Shown: positions 18,731 through 29,269 of the stretch, piece by piece
Layout of the letters: each line of letters begins with the position of its first letter
Position numbering within the stretch: position 1 is the first letter of the stretch
DNA from: a virus
Lineage: Duplodnaviria; Caudoviricetes
Strand: one strand, 5' to 3'
Virus record (IMG/VR): IMGVR_UViG_3300016471_000824
Span: 1-61,577 of that record
DNA length: 61,577 nt
Translations under genes and position numbers: made by a program
The notes under the pieces: model-generated
What the model was told of the DNA's origin: nothing
Database searches by the model: none
What the model saw: the letters and a program-made list of their open reading frames with translations, nothing else

Positions 18731-21700
18731 TCAGTTATTGTTTCAAATTTTATCCATTTTCTTGCAAATCTATCAAAAGATGTTTTACCCTTTTTCAAAC
18801 CAAAATAAAAATGGAATGGTGCACCAACAGTAATGGTATTTTCATCAGGATTATTGTGAGTCCATAAACCTCTATCACCATCCTCATCACCATTAGAATC
18901 TGTTGCAAAAATATAACCCGTACCATTAGTTGTTCTATATCTAAAATATCTAGAGTTAGGATTTAATCTATCCATAGATTGGTATTTTGAACTAAAAAAT
19001 GTACCATTTGTATTAATTGGGTTTGTATACCAATTATTATTTTGAGAACCAAAAATACTTTCAAAAGGGATGGGAAATGATGCGTTATTTTTAATTTGCC
19101 ACTGATAAAAAGGTACTTCTTGAGAAAATATTGGTATATTTGAAAAAGCACAAATAGAGCCCAAATTAGCATTTGAATTAATTATATTTCGTTTTGGTGT
19201 AATAAAATCTCGAACCTGTGTATTACTTGACCAAAATATTCCTATTACACCATCACTCGCTAAGGGACTATTAACGTAAAGTGGGTCTTGACCATTCGGA
19301 TCCGCTGGATAATTTGCAGGTTCAAAAGTTGCTATACCAAGTTCGGAGCTAATTGATATCATTTGAGCGTAATCAGCATCAACCAAATTTTTAAATGGCG
19401 CCCTAGAATTACTAAAAAAGTTAAAGACAGTTGCACCAACCGGACTCAATAATCTTTCAACGATAAACCATAAATTTGTTATTCTACTTATTATAAGGAA
19501 ATTTAAAATTTCACTTACATCAGTATAAGAAGAATCTCCCAATCTATTTACAACATAACCATCGAATTCATCTGAAAATACAAGTTCTTGTAGATATTGT
19601 GACCTCGGTCCTAAATCCATAATAGTAGTGGGGAACTTCAAATTTTTGTTATTGCCTCCAAAAGATATCCCCAAGAAGGTAGTTGGTTGTGCACCAATAA
19701 ACCCTATGGTTGAACCTGTTACATATGGGCTACTTCTATAATAAAAATTGTTTGTTGGGTGAAGATACAATGTTCTTCTACAATATACACTTGTGGGTCT
19801 ATTATTTAAATCAAAAATCCTATCGTTTTTGAAAGCAAAGGCATATAAAGAACCATTAATCCAATTATTAATGAACAAATGAGACCAAACATTTCTACAA
19901 GCACCAAAATTAACTAATAATCGGGATGTCCATTCATTAACAATTAATAAATCAGCAGGAAGTGATAAAAGTACCTCTGTTATAAGTTGATAACATCCAT
20001 TTTTCATAATTTTTTTACCCGTTACACCATTTGTGTAACAAATATTATCATCAGGCTTGATTGATATTTCATTATTAATTGTTGTATAACAAAATAGAGG
20101 AACTGCATTTTCACAAGAAAAAGATTCAAAAACTGGATTTGGAACTGATTCACTAATAACTAAGTTGGAAGAATTCGGATCCGCTCCACCACCAATAAAT
20201 GATGGTGTACCAACTGACCCTTGTGATAAACCATCATCACTTAATTTAAATACACTAAAAATTAAATTACTTTGTAAAGGTAAACTATTACCTTGTACAT
20301 CTGTTACTGTAGATGAAGTTGGCAATCTATCAGAACGCATAATTATTTTTCTTGCTGTGACTGAATTGGTTGCAGCTTGAAAATCATAAGTGTTTGTATA
20401 CCTTGGACAAAAATACCATCCATCAGCATAAAAATCTTGTGAAACACTAGTTATTTTAGATTTTTCTTGACCCATCAGAGAACCACCATCAATAATTTCT
20501 CCCACATAATAACCTCTAGTATCATACTGGTAATCGTTTGGTAAAGCACCAAAATAATCTCTATTACAATTGGTATTAAGACCATTTACAAAGAAATTAC
20601 CTATTTGAGAATCTATCTCAACAGAAAATCCCCAATAATATGGAGCGTTATTATTTTGGAATGGAAGTATAGGATTTTGAGAAAATGATGGTTGTATTGG
20701 TGTACCTGGACTTTTTATTATTAGTACTTCAGTACTATTATATCCACCAGGTGTTCCTGCAAATTTGTTCAATATTAAAGGACTTGATGATGGTACATCA
20801 CTTGGTTTGAAATTACTTGATACTGATGAATCTAAACTAGAATAATAACTTGGCATAGTGGATGTAAAGCCACTAAATTTTGCTAAACCACTTGTTGATA
20901 ATTCAAAATTAAAAGAATCATAATATAATGGAATACCTGTTGTCGAATCAGAATTTGTTAAAATATTATTTGATATTCCAAAACTATGTCTCACTGACCT
21001 GAAACCATTTAAATTTGTCGAAGTAGTTGATGGTTGAATCGGAATATTTAATTTATAATTTCCACTGACTACTATTTGACCTTCAGGTAATCCAAAATTA
21101 TTTAAATCATAACCAAATAATCTACTTAAATCATATTGATTAATTTGTCTTGTAGAATAAGGATCAACACCTCTAACTAAAAAAACAATAACTTGTTCAT
21201 TACTTTTTTTATACAATTTCATAGGATTGTATATTCTCGCAGGTGGAAACCCTTGGTGTGGTGGTGAAGGTGGATAATAACTATAGGAATAAATTTTATT
21301 AACTTCCCTTAATAAAGTATCATTACCTAAAAAACGATGTGGTAATGTTTTATTATTACTCAAACTTGCTGATTGACATTGTCCAGTATAATTTGAATAA
21401 GTCATCGCAGTAATTACTTGATAATACTCAATATCCATCGGAAATTTATGGAATTGTGGGTCACCTGAAAAATTCAAATCGTAACCATTAACAACAAATA
21501 TTGAACCACTACCATTTGGGTTTGCATATGATAATGGTATATTTTGTATACCTGAACGATAAGTTGTACCAGTAACTGCTGCAGTTCCAAATTGATTGAG
21601 TTGTGAAAAACCATTAATGTTTATATCCGAACTTAAATTTGGGTCTTGGAAGGATATAATTTGACCAGCAGTAAAATTTGGTAATGAACCTTCTTTACAA

Positions 21701-24060
21701 GATATTACCAACATATTGTCCAAATGATACTTTGTTGTTGAATCATTTAAACTTGTATTAAAGGTAACTTTAATTCTGTTTATACCTCCTCCAGGATTAT
21801 TAGCACTTTCGTCAAAATACTTAGCTTTTACATTAAATAAATTTATTCTTTCAGCTAAAGTTAAATTATTTGTAAATAAAACTTTCGGACAAGGGTCTGG
21901 ATTATTTCCCTCACCATTACCACACACACCACTACAATCCGTATCTGTACCAAATAATGAATATTGAGGTACTCTTGCTTTACCAGATGGTTCATCTCGT
22001 GTATATGCCGCACCCGATAATAGGGCTTGAATACCACTTCTGAATTGTGCATCCACATCTTTTACATCATATTGTGTTGGTAACATATACGTTGATAATA
22101 CACCGAATCCTCCACTTTCTGATGCTGCGGTAACGTAATTTCCTGATGATTGAACATTTTGTGGTTGAGTGCTTAATTCTCCACCTGGTTCACAAGAACA
22201 CAATTCACAATTTGGATATACTAATAAAGGTAAATTTATATTTAATATTTTTTTATACAAATTAAATAAGTCATCCACAATTTTATTAATTTCTTCGGGA
22301 TCAATACAATCAATTGGTTCTAAACCAGCTCCTAACGCATTCAAAAATGAAACAATACCTGCAATCACATAACATATTGGTAAAACAATATACAATATAA
22401 CTCCCACAATAATTCCAAAAACAGGACCTAATATAGCTAATATGGCCGCAACAACATGCAAAATAGGAACCAAACCATATAAAATAGGTTTAAAAATGAA
22501 CATTGCAACCAAGGCCAAAAGATATACAATGTCAAATCTATAATTGGAGTCATTATTTGGAAATTTAACATTATCGCTTTCGCAAGATTCATCAAGGTTA
22601 TTTTTAATTCCAACAAATTCGTTTGGTAAAAAACCTCTTCTATATTGGTCTATCAATTGTGATACAGTATAAACTTTATTAAACGACATTAAATAAAATG
22701 TATCCTCACAATTTATTGCGGCTTGTGGGTCAACATAATCATTCCAATCCAAACTGAAAGAGTAAGATTTTCGAGCTAATTCATTGTATTGATAAAAATT
22801 TGGGTCAACCACCGGTGGAATTGCTAATGGATTTTGAATCCAATCTTGTATTACGAGTGGGTCTCTATTATCATTTATTTCCCATCCGTACTCTCTAATG
22901 TTGGGAACTAAAAAATAACCTCTCTTTATGTCCTCAGATAAGGTTGGTGATTGATTCCATTTAACTTTAAATCTATATTTACCTCTTGTTGGGATACCTA
23001 CTTTTGGATCGTTCGAAATAACTCTATCACCAAATTCATTCGTTGTAACGTAATCCAAATTCATTGGGACATCAATTAACCAAGCACCATTTTCGTCAAT
23101 TACTTGCCCTCCCGACTCCAACGCAAATGTTTCCAAAACAGGTCTACCAGTATCATCATTAAATATTGTTTGTCTTATTGCCAAAATTTCACCAGGACCA
23201 GCAATAAGATTACATAAATCACCACTTCTAATTTTAGGTCTGCATCTTTGGGTTTGAAATTGGTCATTTCCATTCGAAAATATACTTCCCATAAAGATTG
23301 CTGTTGGTGTAATTTCAATGCCAGCTTCTTGAGTTATATCAAAGTCAGTTCTCGTAATACCAATAGTACATACTTCAGGTTGTCCCCATAAAGGTTCAAT
23401 ATTTATTGTTCTATTTAATGAAATTATTTGTGGTAAAGTATTCAAGTCCGTTGAAGTTCTGAATTCTGTACCAGCAACTTGTGATTCTGTTGCAACACCC
23501 AATCTTATTAAATCTTGTGGTGATAATGAAAATTCACCAATGTCAGATAAATCAATATCAACGTGAATAGTTTGAGTTCCAAGAGGAACTCCAAAAATCA
23601 TAAAGTCCCCACTATCATTTGTTTTAACAGTGAATTTGTAGTATTTGTCGTAAACCTCGATTAAATATGGGTCAGTTAATATATCAATTCTATCAGGAAA
23701 AGAACCAGTCGGATTATGTCCATTATGTGATTTAACATAAGGTAAAAGATTGTATCGATAACCATCATCATTTATATCACTCAAAAGTTTATAGGGATAC
23801 AAATCTGATATGACGGGATTATTTTCATCTTCATTAGATAAAGGAATAAAAATTGATACTTTACAATTAGGTAATCCAAATCCAGAATTTGCTGTTATTC
23901 TTCCAGCAACAACACCATAGTCAGAACATAATCTATTGTAAATTTGACTTTGAAGTATTTTTAAAGAAAGTATTTCTAATTGTTCGAAATCTTGTTCTAA
24001 TAATACATTTACGTACTTATCTTTACCGATTTCGGTTCTTATTCTATATGTGTTAGACAT
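18727..24060 (-). CDS. Large structural protein with N-terminal beta-sandwich and internal hydrophobic segment
   Basis: 1777 aa; GVVAGRITANSGFGLPNCKVSIF (carboxypeptidase-regulatory-like); about 65-aa hydrophobic stretch; directly downstream of the gp6-like gene. Confidence 0.6.
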   Translation of the reverse strand: MSNTYRIRTEIGKDKYVNVLLEQDFEQLEILSLKILQSQIYNRLCSDYGVVAGRITANSGFGLPNCKVSIFIPLSNEDENNPVISDLYPYKLLSDINDDGYRYNLLPYVKSHNGHNPTGSFPDRIDILTDPYLIEVYDKYYKFTVKTNDSGDFMIFGVPLGTQTIHVDIDLSDIGEFSLSPQDLIRLGVATESQVAGTEFRTSTDLNTLPQIISLNRTINIEPLWGQPEVCTIGITRTDFDITQEAGIEITPTAIFMGSIFSNGNDQFQTQRCRPKIRSGDLCNLIAGPGEILAIRQTIFNDDTGRPVLETFALESGGQVIDENGAWLIDVPMNLDYVTTNEFGDRVISNDPKVGIPTRGKYRFKVKWNQSPTLSEDIKRGYFLVPNIREYGWEINDNRDPLVIQDWIQNPLAIPPVVDPNFYQYNELARKSYSFSLDWNDYVDPQAAINCEDTFYLMSFNKVYTVSQLIDQYRRGFLPNEFVGIKNNLDESCESDNVKFPNNDSNYRFDIVYLLALVAMFIFKPILYGLVPILHVVAAILAILGPVFGIIVGVILYIVLPICYVIAGIVSFLNALGAGLEPIDCIDPEEINKIVDDLFNLYKKILNINLPLLVYPNCELCSCEPGGELSTQPQNVQSSGNYVTAASESGGFGVLSTYMLPTQYDVKDVDAQFRSGIQALLSGAAYTRDEPSGKARVPQYSLFGTDTDCSGVCGNGEGNNPDPCPKVLFTNNLTLAERINLFNVKAKYFDESANNPGGGINRIKVTFNTSLNDSTTKYHLDNMLVISCKEGSLPNFTAGQIISFQDPNLSSDININGFSQLNQFGTAAVTGTTYRSGIQNIPLSYANPNGSGSIFVVNGYDLNFSGDPQFHKFPMDIEYYQVITAMTYSNYTGQCQSASLSNNKTLPHRFLGNDTLLREVNKIYSYSYYPPSPPHQGFPPARIYNPMKLYKKSNEQVIVFLVRGVDPYSTRQINQYDLSRLFGYDLNNFGLPEGQIVVSGNYKLNIPIQPSTTSTNLNGFRSVRHSFGISNNILTNSDSTTGIPLYYDSFNFELSTSGLAKFSGFTSTMPSYYSSLDSSVSSNFKPSDVPSSSPLILNKFAGTPGGYNSTEVLIIKSPGTPIQPSFSQNPILPFQNNNAPYYWGFSVEIDSQIGNFFVNGLNTNCNRDYFGALPNDYQYDTRGYYVGEIIDGGSLMGQEKSKITSVSQDFYADGWYFCPRYTNTYDFQAATNSVTARKIIMRSDRLPTSSTVTDVQGNSLPLQSNLIFSVFKLSDDGLSQGSVGTPSFIGGGADPNSSNLVISESVPNPVFESFSCENAVPLFCYTTINNEISIKPDDNICYTNGVTGKKIMKNGCYQLITEVLLSLPADLLIVNEWTSRLLVNFGACRNVWSHLFINNWINGSLYAFAFKNDRIFDLNNRPTSVYCRRTLYLHPTNNFYYRSSPYVTGSTIGFIGAQPTTFLGISFGGNNKNLKFPTTIMDLGPRSQYLQELVFSDEFDGYVVNRLGDSSYTDVSEILNFLIISRITNLWFIVERLLSPVGATVFNFFSNSRAPFKNLVDADYAQMISISSELGIATFEPANYPADPNGQDPLYVNSPLASDGVIGIFWSSNTQVRDFITPKRNIINSNANLGSICAFSNIPIFSQEVPFYQWQIKNNASFPIPFESIFGSQNNNWYTNPINTNGTFFSSKYQSMDRLNPNSRYFRYRTTNGTGYIFATDSNGDEDGDRGLWTHNNPDENTITVGAPFHFYFGLKKGKTSFDRFARKWIKFETITD

Positions 24061-24135
24061 TAATTATCTTTTAAAAAATAAATAGTTTATTTATTCATTT
24101 CAAAAAGATAAACTATTAAAGATTAAAATAAATCT

Positions 24136-25974
24136 TTATGAAAAATTGATAGTGCTCAAATTCTTAACACGAACACTAATATCTCTATTAGGATATCTTA
24201 CTTGATAAGTTTGACTAGGTTCTGCAAATATGGTATCATCAATCAATTCAATTTGTTTGGTCTCACTATCTGAATATCTTTGAGATGTTTGAGAAGATGA
24301 ATATTCTCCACCTACTTTATTAAAAACTAAAATACTTGACAAAGTAATTACACCATTTTGTGATTGTATTATTCTTCTTAATTCAGATATATTAACGTTT
24401 TCTCCTAAATTTCTGACAGATGGTGACATAAAATTGGTTACATTGTCAACAATTTGAGTAATCACTGCACCTTGATTCTGACTATTATCTAATACAACAT
24501 CAATTGTAAATGCTAAATCAATTACATTTGCAGTTTCAATAGAAATATAATCATTAATCATCCTATAATTCGAAAGGTAGTTTGCAACATTATTTTTTAA
24601 TGTATTAGATATGATTTCAGTCAATCTACCAGTTTCATCATAAGATAACATTTTTATTTTTATTTTATTATTTTCTTCTGTAATTGTAACTTTAGCTGGT
24701 GCTCCGAATTGTGATGGCATCGTTCTTATTAAAGATTCATAATCATTGATTGTTACAGCTCTGTATTGAGCTGAAAAATTAAATGTTACTAAATTTCTAA
24801 CTTCTTCAGTTGTAGGTGCTGCAGCACCTCCTATCGCTGCCGTAACATTTGTACAAGCTAAAGAATTAAAAACACTTGTATTTACAGAGGTTGATGGTCC
24901 GTTTACATTAAAATTAATAGTACCTATTTGAGTTATTACGTTCACTCCTAAATTACTTCCTGTTCCTCCACCTATTCTATATTGTACGAATAATGTACTA
25001 TTAGCCTTCAAAGTACTACCTAAAGCAAAATTGTTTGAATACTTATATAAATTCAATTCAAATCCGTTTCTTGCAAATTCTCTTAGTTGTTCATCGGCTG
25101 ATTGACTTCCACTTCCAAAAGTAAGTTTACAAAAACCTTCTGGAGTAAATTCTGAAATAAATTTAGTATTTGTTTGTATATATTTTCCAACCTTTATACC
25201 CGGATTATCGGAAACTTTTGTTGGGTCTTCAATAAATACCCTATCTTCAACCAATGCTTTAACTTCATACCATCTATTATCTGCTCCCAAGAATTCTTCA
25301 TTAGTTGGTACATTTGCATATTGAGTTCCATCTTTTAATAGAACACTCGTTATACCCAAAACATTTCTCTCTGGTAAAAATAACTCAAAAAATGGTTTAA
25401 CATCATTAGCTGTAATTACCCTTTTGAAAACTTTAGTTGTTCCATTAACAACAGTTTCTCTTTTTACAATTGTATAATTTAATAACCTATTATTTGAGTC
25501 AAAGTTGGGGATTTTTAATCTATTTGGTACTCCATCGGCACTAATCGGTGACGCAAAATCAATATCAGTTACAGTTTCAAAAACTTGACCAGCTCCATTA
25601 ACTTGTGAACCCCTTCTAAGTATTCCACAATATCTTAAATCTTCTGTATCACCGAAAACTGGTACTACTATTGAAAAATCGACTAATGCAACTGATGGTC
25701 TTTGACCAGGAACTTTTAATCCATAAGTCCTTGCAATATTAAAAATGGAGGATCTTTGTTGTGCGTATTGTAAAATAGTTTCTTGTATACTTCTATCAAT
25801 ATTATATTGTAAATTATCCGATACGGCAGCGTTCAAATCCAACAATGCAGAAAAAATTGAAGCATCATTGAAATTATCAATTAAATCAGGATAATAAGTT
25901 CTAGTAAAATTAATTAATTCCGTTCTTATGGATTGGAAATCTCTTGTTGTATATGATATTTTTTTATTAGCCAT
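24136..25974 (-). CDS. Baseplate wedge protein (T4 gp6 / baseplate J-like)
   Basis: YTTRDFQSIRTELI, AQQRSSIFNIARTYG, FGSG, YRIGGG, AQYRAVTINDY. Confidence 0.85.
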   Translation of the reverse strand: MANKKISYTTRDFQSIRTELINFTRTYYPDLIDNFNDASIFSALLDLNAAVSDNLQYNIDRSIQETILQYAQQRSSIFNIARTYGLKVPGQRPSVALVDFSIVVPVFGDTEDLRYCGILRRGSQVNGAGQVFETVTDIDFASPISADGVPNRLKIPNFDSNNRLLNYTIVKRETVVNGTTKVFKRVITANDVKPFFELFLPERNVLGITSVLLKDGTQYANVPTNEEFLGADNRWYEVKALVEDRVFIEDPTKVSDNPGIKVGKYIQTNTKFISEFTPEGFCKLTFGSGSQSADEQLREFARNGFELNLYKYSNNFALGSTLKANSTLFVQYRIGGGTGSNLGVNVITQIGTINFNVNGPSTSVNTSVFNSLACTNVTAAIGGAAAPTTEEVRNLVTFNFSAQYRAVTINDYESLIRTMPSQFGAPAKVTITEENNKIKIKMLSYDETGRLTEIISNTLKNNVANYLSNYRMINDYISIETANVIDLAFTIDVVLDNSQNQGAVITQIVDNVTNFMSPSVRNLGENVNISELRRIIQSQNGVITLSSILVFNKVGGEYSSSQTSQRYSDSETKQIELIDDTIFAEPSQTYQVRYPNRDISVRVKNLSTINFS

Positions 25975-25978
25975 AGAA

Positions 25979-26437
25979 TTATATATTAATAATTACAAAG
26001 TCACTACTTTCGAATGCAGTATCAGTTGATATGTAATCAATTTTTATTTTTGCAGTATGTTCCATCTGTCCAATACCAGGTACTCTAAATTCTCTTTGAT
26101 TATCCTCGTTTATATAGTATCCTTTATCCTCTTCATTTTCTGATGCTGGCGTTATAGTAATATTAGTTATTGTGATACCGGGTATATATTCTGAAACAGA
26201 ATCTCTAATTTCCGATTCCAAATCAGAAAATGTCGGACCATCCAAAGGTTCAAAAAGGTATTCGTATAATCTCGTTCCAAAATCAGGTAAGTAGTATCTT
26301 GTTCCTTTTCTAGTTAACAACAAGTGAATCAAATTACTTCTGATTTCTTGTTCAGTTGTTTGAGATAAACTCAAGTAATTTCCTTCATACGAATCTTTGA
26401 ATGGGAAATTTATTCCATATGTAAAACCATCTGCCAT
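25979..26437 (-). CDS. Baseplate wedge protein, GPW/gp25 family
   Basis: IRSNLIHLLLTRKGTRYYLPDFGTRLYEYLFEP; start reassigned to the ATG at 26437 (MADGFTY), just after TATTTAT at 26442-26448. Confidence 0.85.
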   Translation of the reverse strand: MADGFTYGINFPFKDSYEGNYLSLSQTTEQEIRSNLIHLLLTRKGTRYYLPDFGTRLYEYLFEPLDGPTFSDLESEIRDSVSEYIPGITITNITITPASENEEDKGYYINEDNQREFRVPGIGQMEHTAKIKIDYISTDTAFESSDFVIINI

Positions 26438-26484
26438 AACAATAAATATATGTCCTATATTTTTTCTATAAATACCATAAAACA

Positions 26485-26510
26485 AAAAATCACGACACTA
26501 AGTCGTGATT
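26485..26510 (-). terminator. Rho-independent terminator after nrdA-C
   Basis: 9-bp inverted repeat AATCACGAC-N5-GTCGTGATT running into a T-run on the minus strand. Confidence 0.7.
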
Positions 26511-26516
26511 ATATTT

Positions 26517-27758
26517 TTAGGAAGAACAACCAAAACAATCAAATGGTGAATCGGAAGGTTTACTGGTTATTGGTTCAACGTGTGGTAATGTTGGTGTAAC
26601 TTTTGGTTTTTCTATTTTAGAAATATCCACCGCCAAGTGTTTCGCGCCAGTTGATATTGCTTTTGTTCTTACATAGTAACACAAAGTTTTCAAACCTTTT
26701 TGCCAAGCATGAAAGTGAGAAGATGTAATTTTTGATAAAGTAGGATTACCCATATAAATGTTCATAGATTGTGATTGATCAATAAATGGTCCTCTATCTG
26801 CAGCCATATTAATTAATTCCCTCTGTGATATTTCCCAAATTGTTTTGTATTTCTTCATAAGGTGTTCGATTCTCTTAACCTTTTGATTATACTTCTTATC
26901 TTCGACATCCAAATAATTATTAAAATTGATGTTTTGAATTGAGCCTTCATTGTATATAATATCATTCTTCAATTCTTCACCCCATATTCCTAATTTCTCA
27001 AAGTCAGCAATTAAATATTTGTTTACAATCATAATTTCACCACCAACTACTCTTCTATTGAATATTGCTGAATGAGCAGGTTCAGTCATTTCATAAGAAC
27101 CTGTTATCTTTGCAGAACTTGCAACTGGCATCTGTGCTGTAAACAATGAATTACATACACCATACTTCATTACATTTTCTTTTAAATCATTCCAATTCCA
27201 TCTTCCTGACAAATCATTTTCAGTTAATCCCCACATATCAAATTGGAATATACCTTTTGACATTGGTGACCCTTCGAAGAAATCGTATTTTGGATATTCA
27301 CCATCGTGAGCTAACTTATTACTTTCACTAATTGCGGCATAATAAATTGTTTCAAATATTTCTTTGTTTAATTTCTTGGCTTCTTCTGATGTAAATTCAT
27401 AATCCATTAAATAAAATACATCAGCTAAACCTTGAGTACCAATAGCAATTGCCCTTTGTTCTCTACCACCTTTTTCACCTTTATTTGTGGAATAATTGTT
27501 GATGTCAACAACTTTATTTAGTGCTCTTACTACCTTACAAGTTTCATTATAAAGTTCTTCAAAATTGAATTGTCCATCGTGTACAAAGTTCTTTAATACC
27601 ATTGAGGATAAAGTACAAATTGCCGTGGTTTTTTCATCTGTGAATTGATAAATTTCACAATTATGCACTAAAATATTATTAGCGTAAAAACAAGATGTTT
27701 CGGGAACTTGAATGTCATAAACATCTTGTCTGTCTGTTATTTTTTTTATTTTAATCAT
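26517..27758 (-). CDS. nrdA: Split-intein C-fragment (33 aa) fused to the C-terminal part of class Ia ribonucleotide reductase alpha
   Basis: MIKIKKI...DVYDIQV...FYANNILVHN|CEIYQ, then AICTLSS, TAQMPVASSAK, FIDQSQSMN, GLKTLCYYVR and C-terminal CFGC. Confidence 0.93.
   Translation of the reverse strand: MIKIKKITDRQDVYDIQVPETSCFYANNILVHNCEIYQFTDEKTTAICTLSSMVLKNFVHDGQFNFEELYNETCKVVRALNKVVDINNYSTNKGEKGGREQRAIAIGTQGLADVFYLMDYEFTSEEAKKLNKEIFETIYYAAISESNKLAHDGEYPKYDFFEGSPMSKGIFQFDMWGLTENDLSGRWNWNDLKENVMKYGVCNSLFTAQMPVASSAKITGSYEMTEPAHSAIFNRRVVGGEIMIVNKYLIADFEKLGIWGEELKNDIIYNEGSIQNINFNNYLDVEDKKYNQKVKRIEHLMKKYKTIWEISQRELINMAADRGPFIDQSQSMNIYMGNPTLSKITSSHFHAWQKGLKTLCYYVRTKAISTGAKHLAVDISKIEKPKVTPTLPHVEPITSKPSDSPFDCFGCSS
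27660..27758 (-). mobile_element. Split intein, C-part (blocks F/G)
   Basis: VYDIQV...FYANNILVHN followed by +1 Cys. Confidence 0.92.
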
Positions 27759-28917
27759 TATTAATATATTTAAAAATTAAATTTTTGTGTTTTTTTCTTT
27801 TTCCTTTACATACTGAAGTTATTGCTGATGGGTTAGCATTATAATATATGGCAGCCTCGGTTATAGATTCAAATATTCTAACATTCCCCTTATTGTCAAT
27901 TGATGAAATTTTTAATTTTTTACCTTGTTTAATATGAAAATTATATTTAGAATTTTCATATCTAAAAATATTATCTTCAGTATTGTTTATAATACATTTT
28001 CTTCTAATAACTTCTTTATTAAATCCTATCGTTTTTGACGCTTCATCTAAAGTTTCAAATGAAATTTCAACATCATCGTTCTTATGTTTTTTAAAAAAAA
28101 TTTTTTTAATATTTTTTTTATTTTTTATTTTATTTGGTTTAATATAATCAATTCTTTTAGATTTTGATAAAAGTAATTCTTTTCCTTGAAACTTCCAAAA
28201 AAATCCTTTATGTTGCCCCCCATTTTTTAAACATCTATATAATAAAACTGAATTTAAATTATATTTTTTTATAGCATCCACAGTTTTAATAGTATCAATT
28301 ACTTTAAAAGTATTAGGACATATCATGTTAATTAATGGTAATTTTTCATATCTCTTATTTTTTAAGATATTTTTATGTTCTTCACTCATAATTTTTCCTT
28401 TATTCCAATGATATCCATTTTCTTTTTTAAAAATAAAACTATAAGTTTCTTCTTTTTTCCTATTATAATTGGGATTATTTTCACCAATCCATCTTTCAGA
28501 GTTTATTTTATTCAATTTTTCTTGCAAACCATCAATATGTTTCATTATATTGCCACCAACACCCCCATCTGAAATATTAGTTAATATACCACCATTTTTA
28601 GATTTACCATAAAATTCAATTAATTTAGTTTCAATTTCTAAAACTTTTTTTTCATCATCATCTCTATATATTATAACAAAATTTGGTTTAAACCCTAATT
28701 CTTTTAATTTTTTTATAGTATTATACTTATGAGGATTGGTTATTTTTTTTATTTTTTTATCCAATTCTTCATAATGTACTAAATGTCTTTCTTTTTTATT
28801 TTTTGACATTGAATCTGCTTTTCCAACATAAAATGGTTTGTATTGTATTTTGCAAAATTCATTATCATAACATCCTTCTATGGTTTCATCTAATAATATA
28901 TAAACATAATATCTCAT
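27751..28917 (-). CDS. Free-standing GIY-YIG-type homing endonuclease with NUMOD-like DNA-binding repeats
   Basis: YYVYILLD...PFYVGKA...R, E..LI..YG...LTNISDGG.GG; NUMOD3-like WNKGKIMSEEHK; NUMOD1-like FESITEAA...ITSVCKGKRK; very Lys/AT-rich; lies between the two intein halves. Confidence 0.85.
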   Translation of the reverse strand: MRYYVYILLDETIEGCYDNEFCKIQYKPFYVGKADSMSKNKKERHLVHYEELDKKIKKITNPHKYNTIKKLKELGFKPNFVIIYRDDDEKKVLEIETKLIEFYGKSKNGGILTNISDGGVGGNIMKHIDGLQEKLNKINSERWIGENNPNYNRKKEETYSFIFKKENGYHWNKGKIMSEEHKNILKNKRYEKLPLINMICPNTFKVIDTIKTVDAIKKYNLNSVLLYRCLKNGGQHKGFFWKFQGKELLLSKSKRIDYIKPNKIKNKKNIKKIFFKKHKNDDVEISFETLDEASKTIGFNKEVIRRKCIINNTEDNIFRYENSKYNFHIKQGKKLKISSIDNKGNVRIFESITEAAIYYNANPSAITSVCKGKRKKHKNLIFKYINND

Positions 28918-28960
28918 AAAATATATTTCATATATAAATATACCAATATAATAAAAACGA

Positions 28961-29269
28961 CTATTTGTACAAATCTAATTCATCAGTTTCAATTAATTCG
29001 TCAGCTCTTACATATCCTCTATTTTTAGTAAAAATTAAATGATCTGGAGTACATTTAATAGTAAAATTAAATTCTTCATCTATAATTTCAATAATTTCAG
29101 CGTCTTTTTTAGTTAACATTCCAGCCGTTATTAATGAAAATTTTCCATCTTTACTTAAAACCATCAATCTCTCGGATTGATTAATCAATTCAATAACTTC
29201 AGTAATTGTTAATTTTTCAATATCACCATTTTCTCTTTTTATCGTTAAAATAGTATCTCCAACTAAACA
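28961..29269 (-). mobile_element. Split intein, N-part (102 aa, blocks A/B)
   Basis: Block A CLVGDT; block B CTPDHLIFTKNRGYVRADEL; ends at TAG. Confidence 0.92.

Noticed and set aside
2465-24060. Diversity-generating retroelement acting on the adhesin-like genes
   Set aside because: No reverse transcriptase and no near-identical template/variable repeat pair seen.
24081-24117. Inverted repeat AATAGTTTAT...ATAAACTATT
   Set aside because: Almost all A/T with a 17-nt loop; could be chance in AT-rich intergenic DNA.
27751-28960. Group I intron explaining the nrdA interruption
   Set aside because: Only 43 non-coding nt, too little for a ribozyme core, and both flanks carry clear intein blocks.
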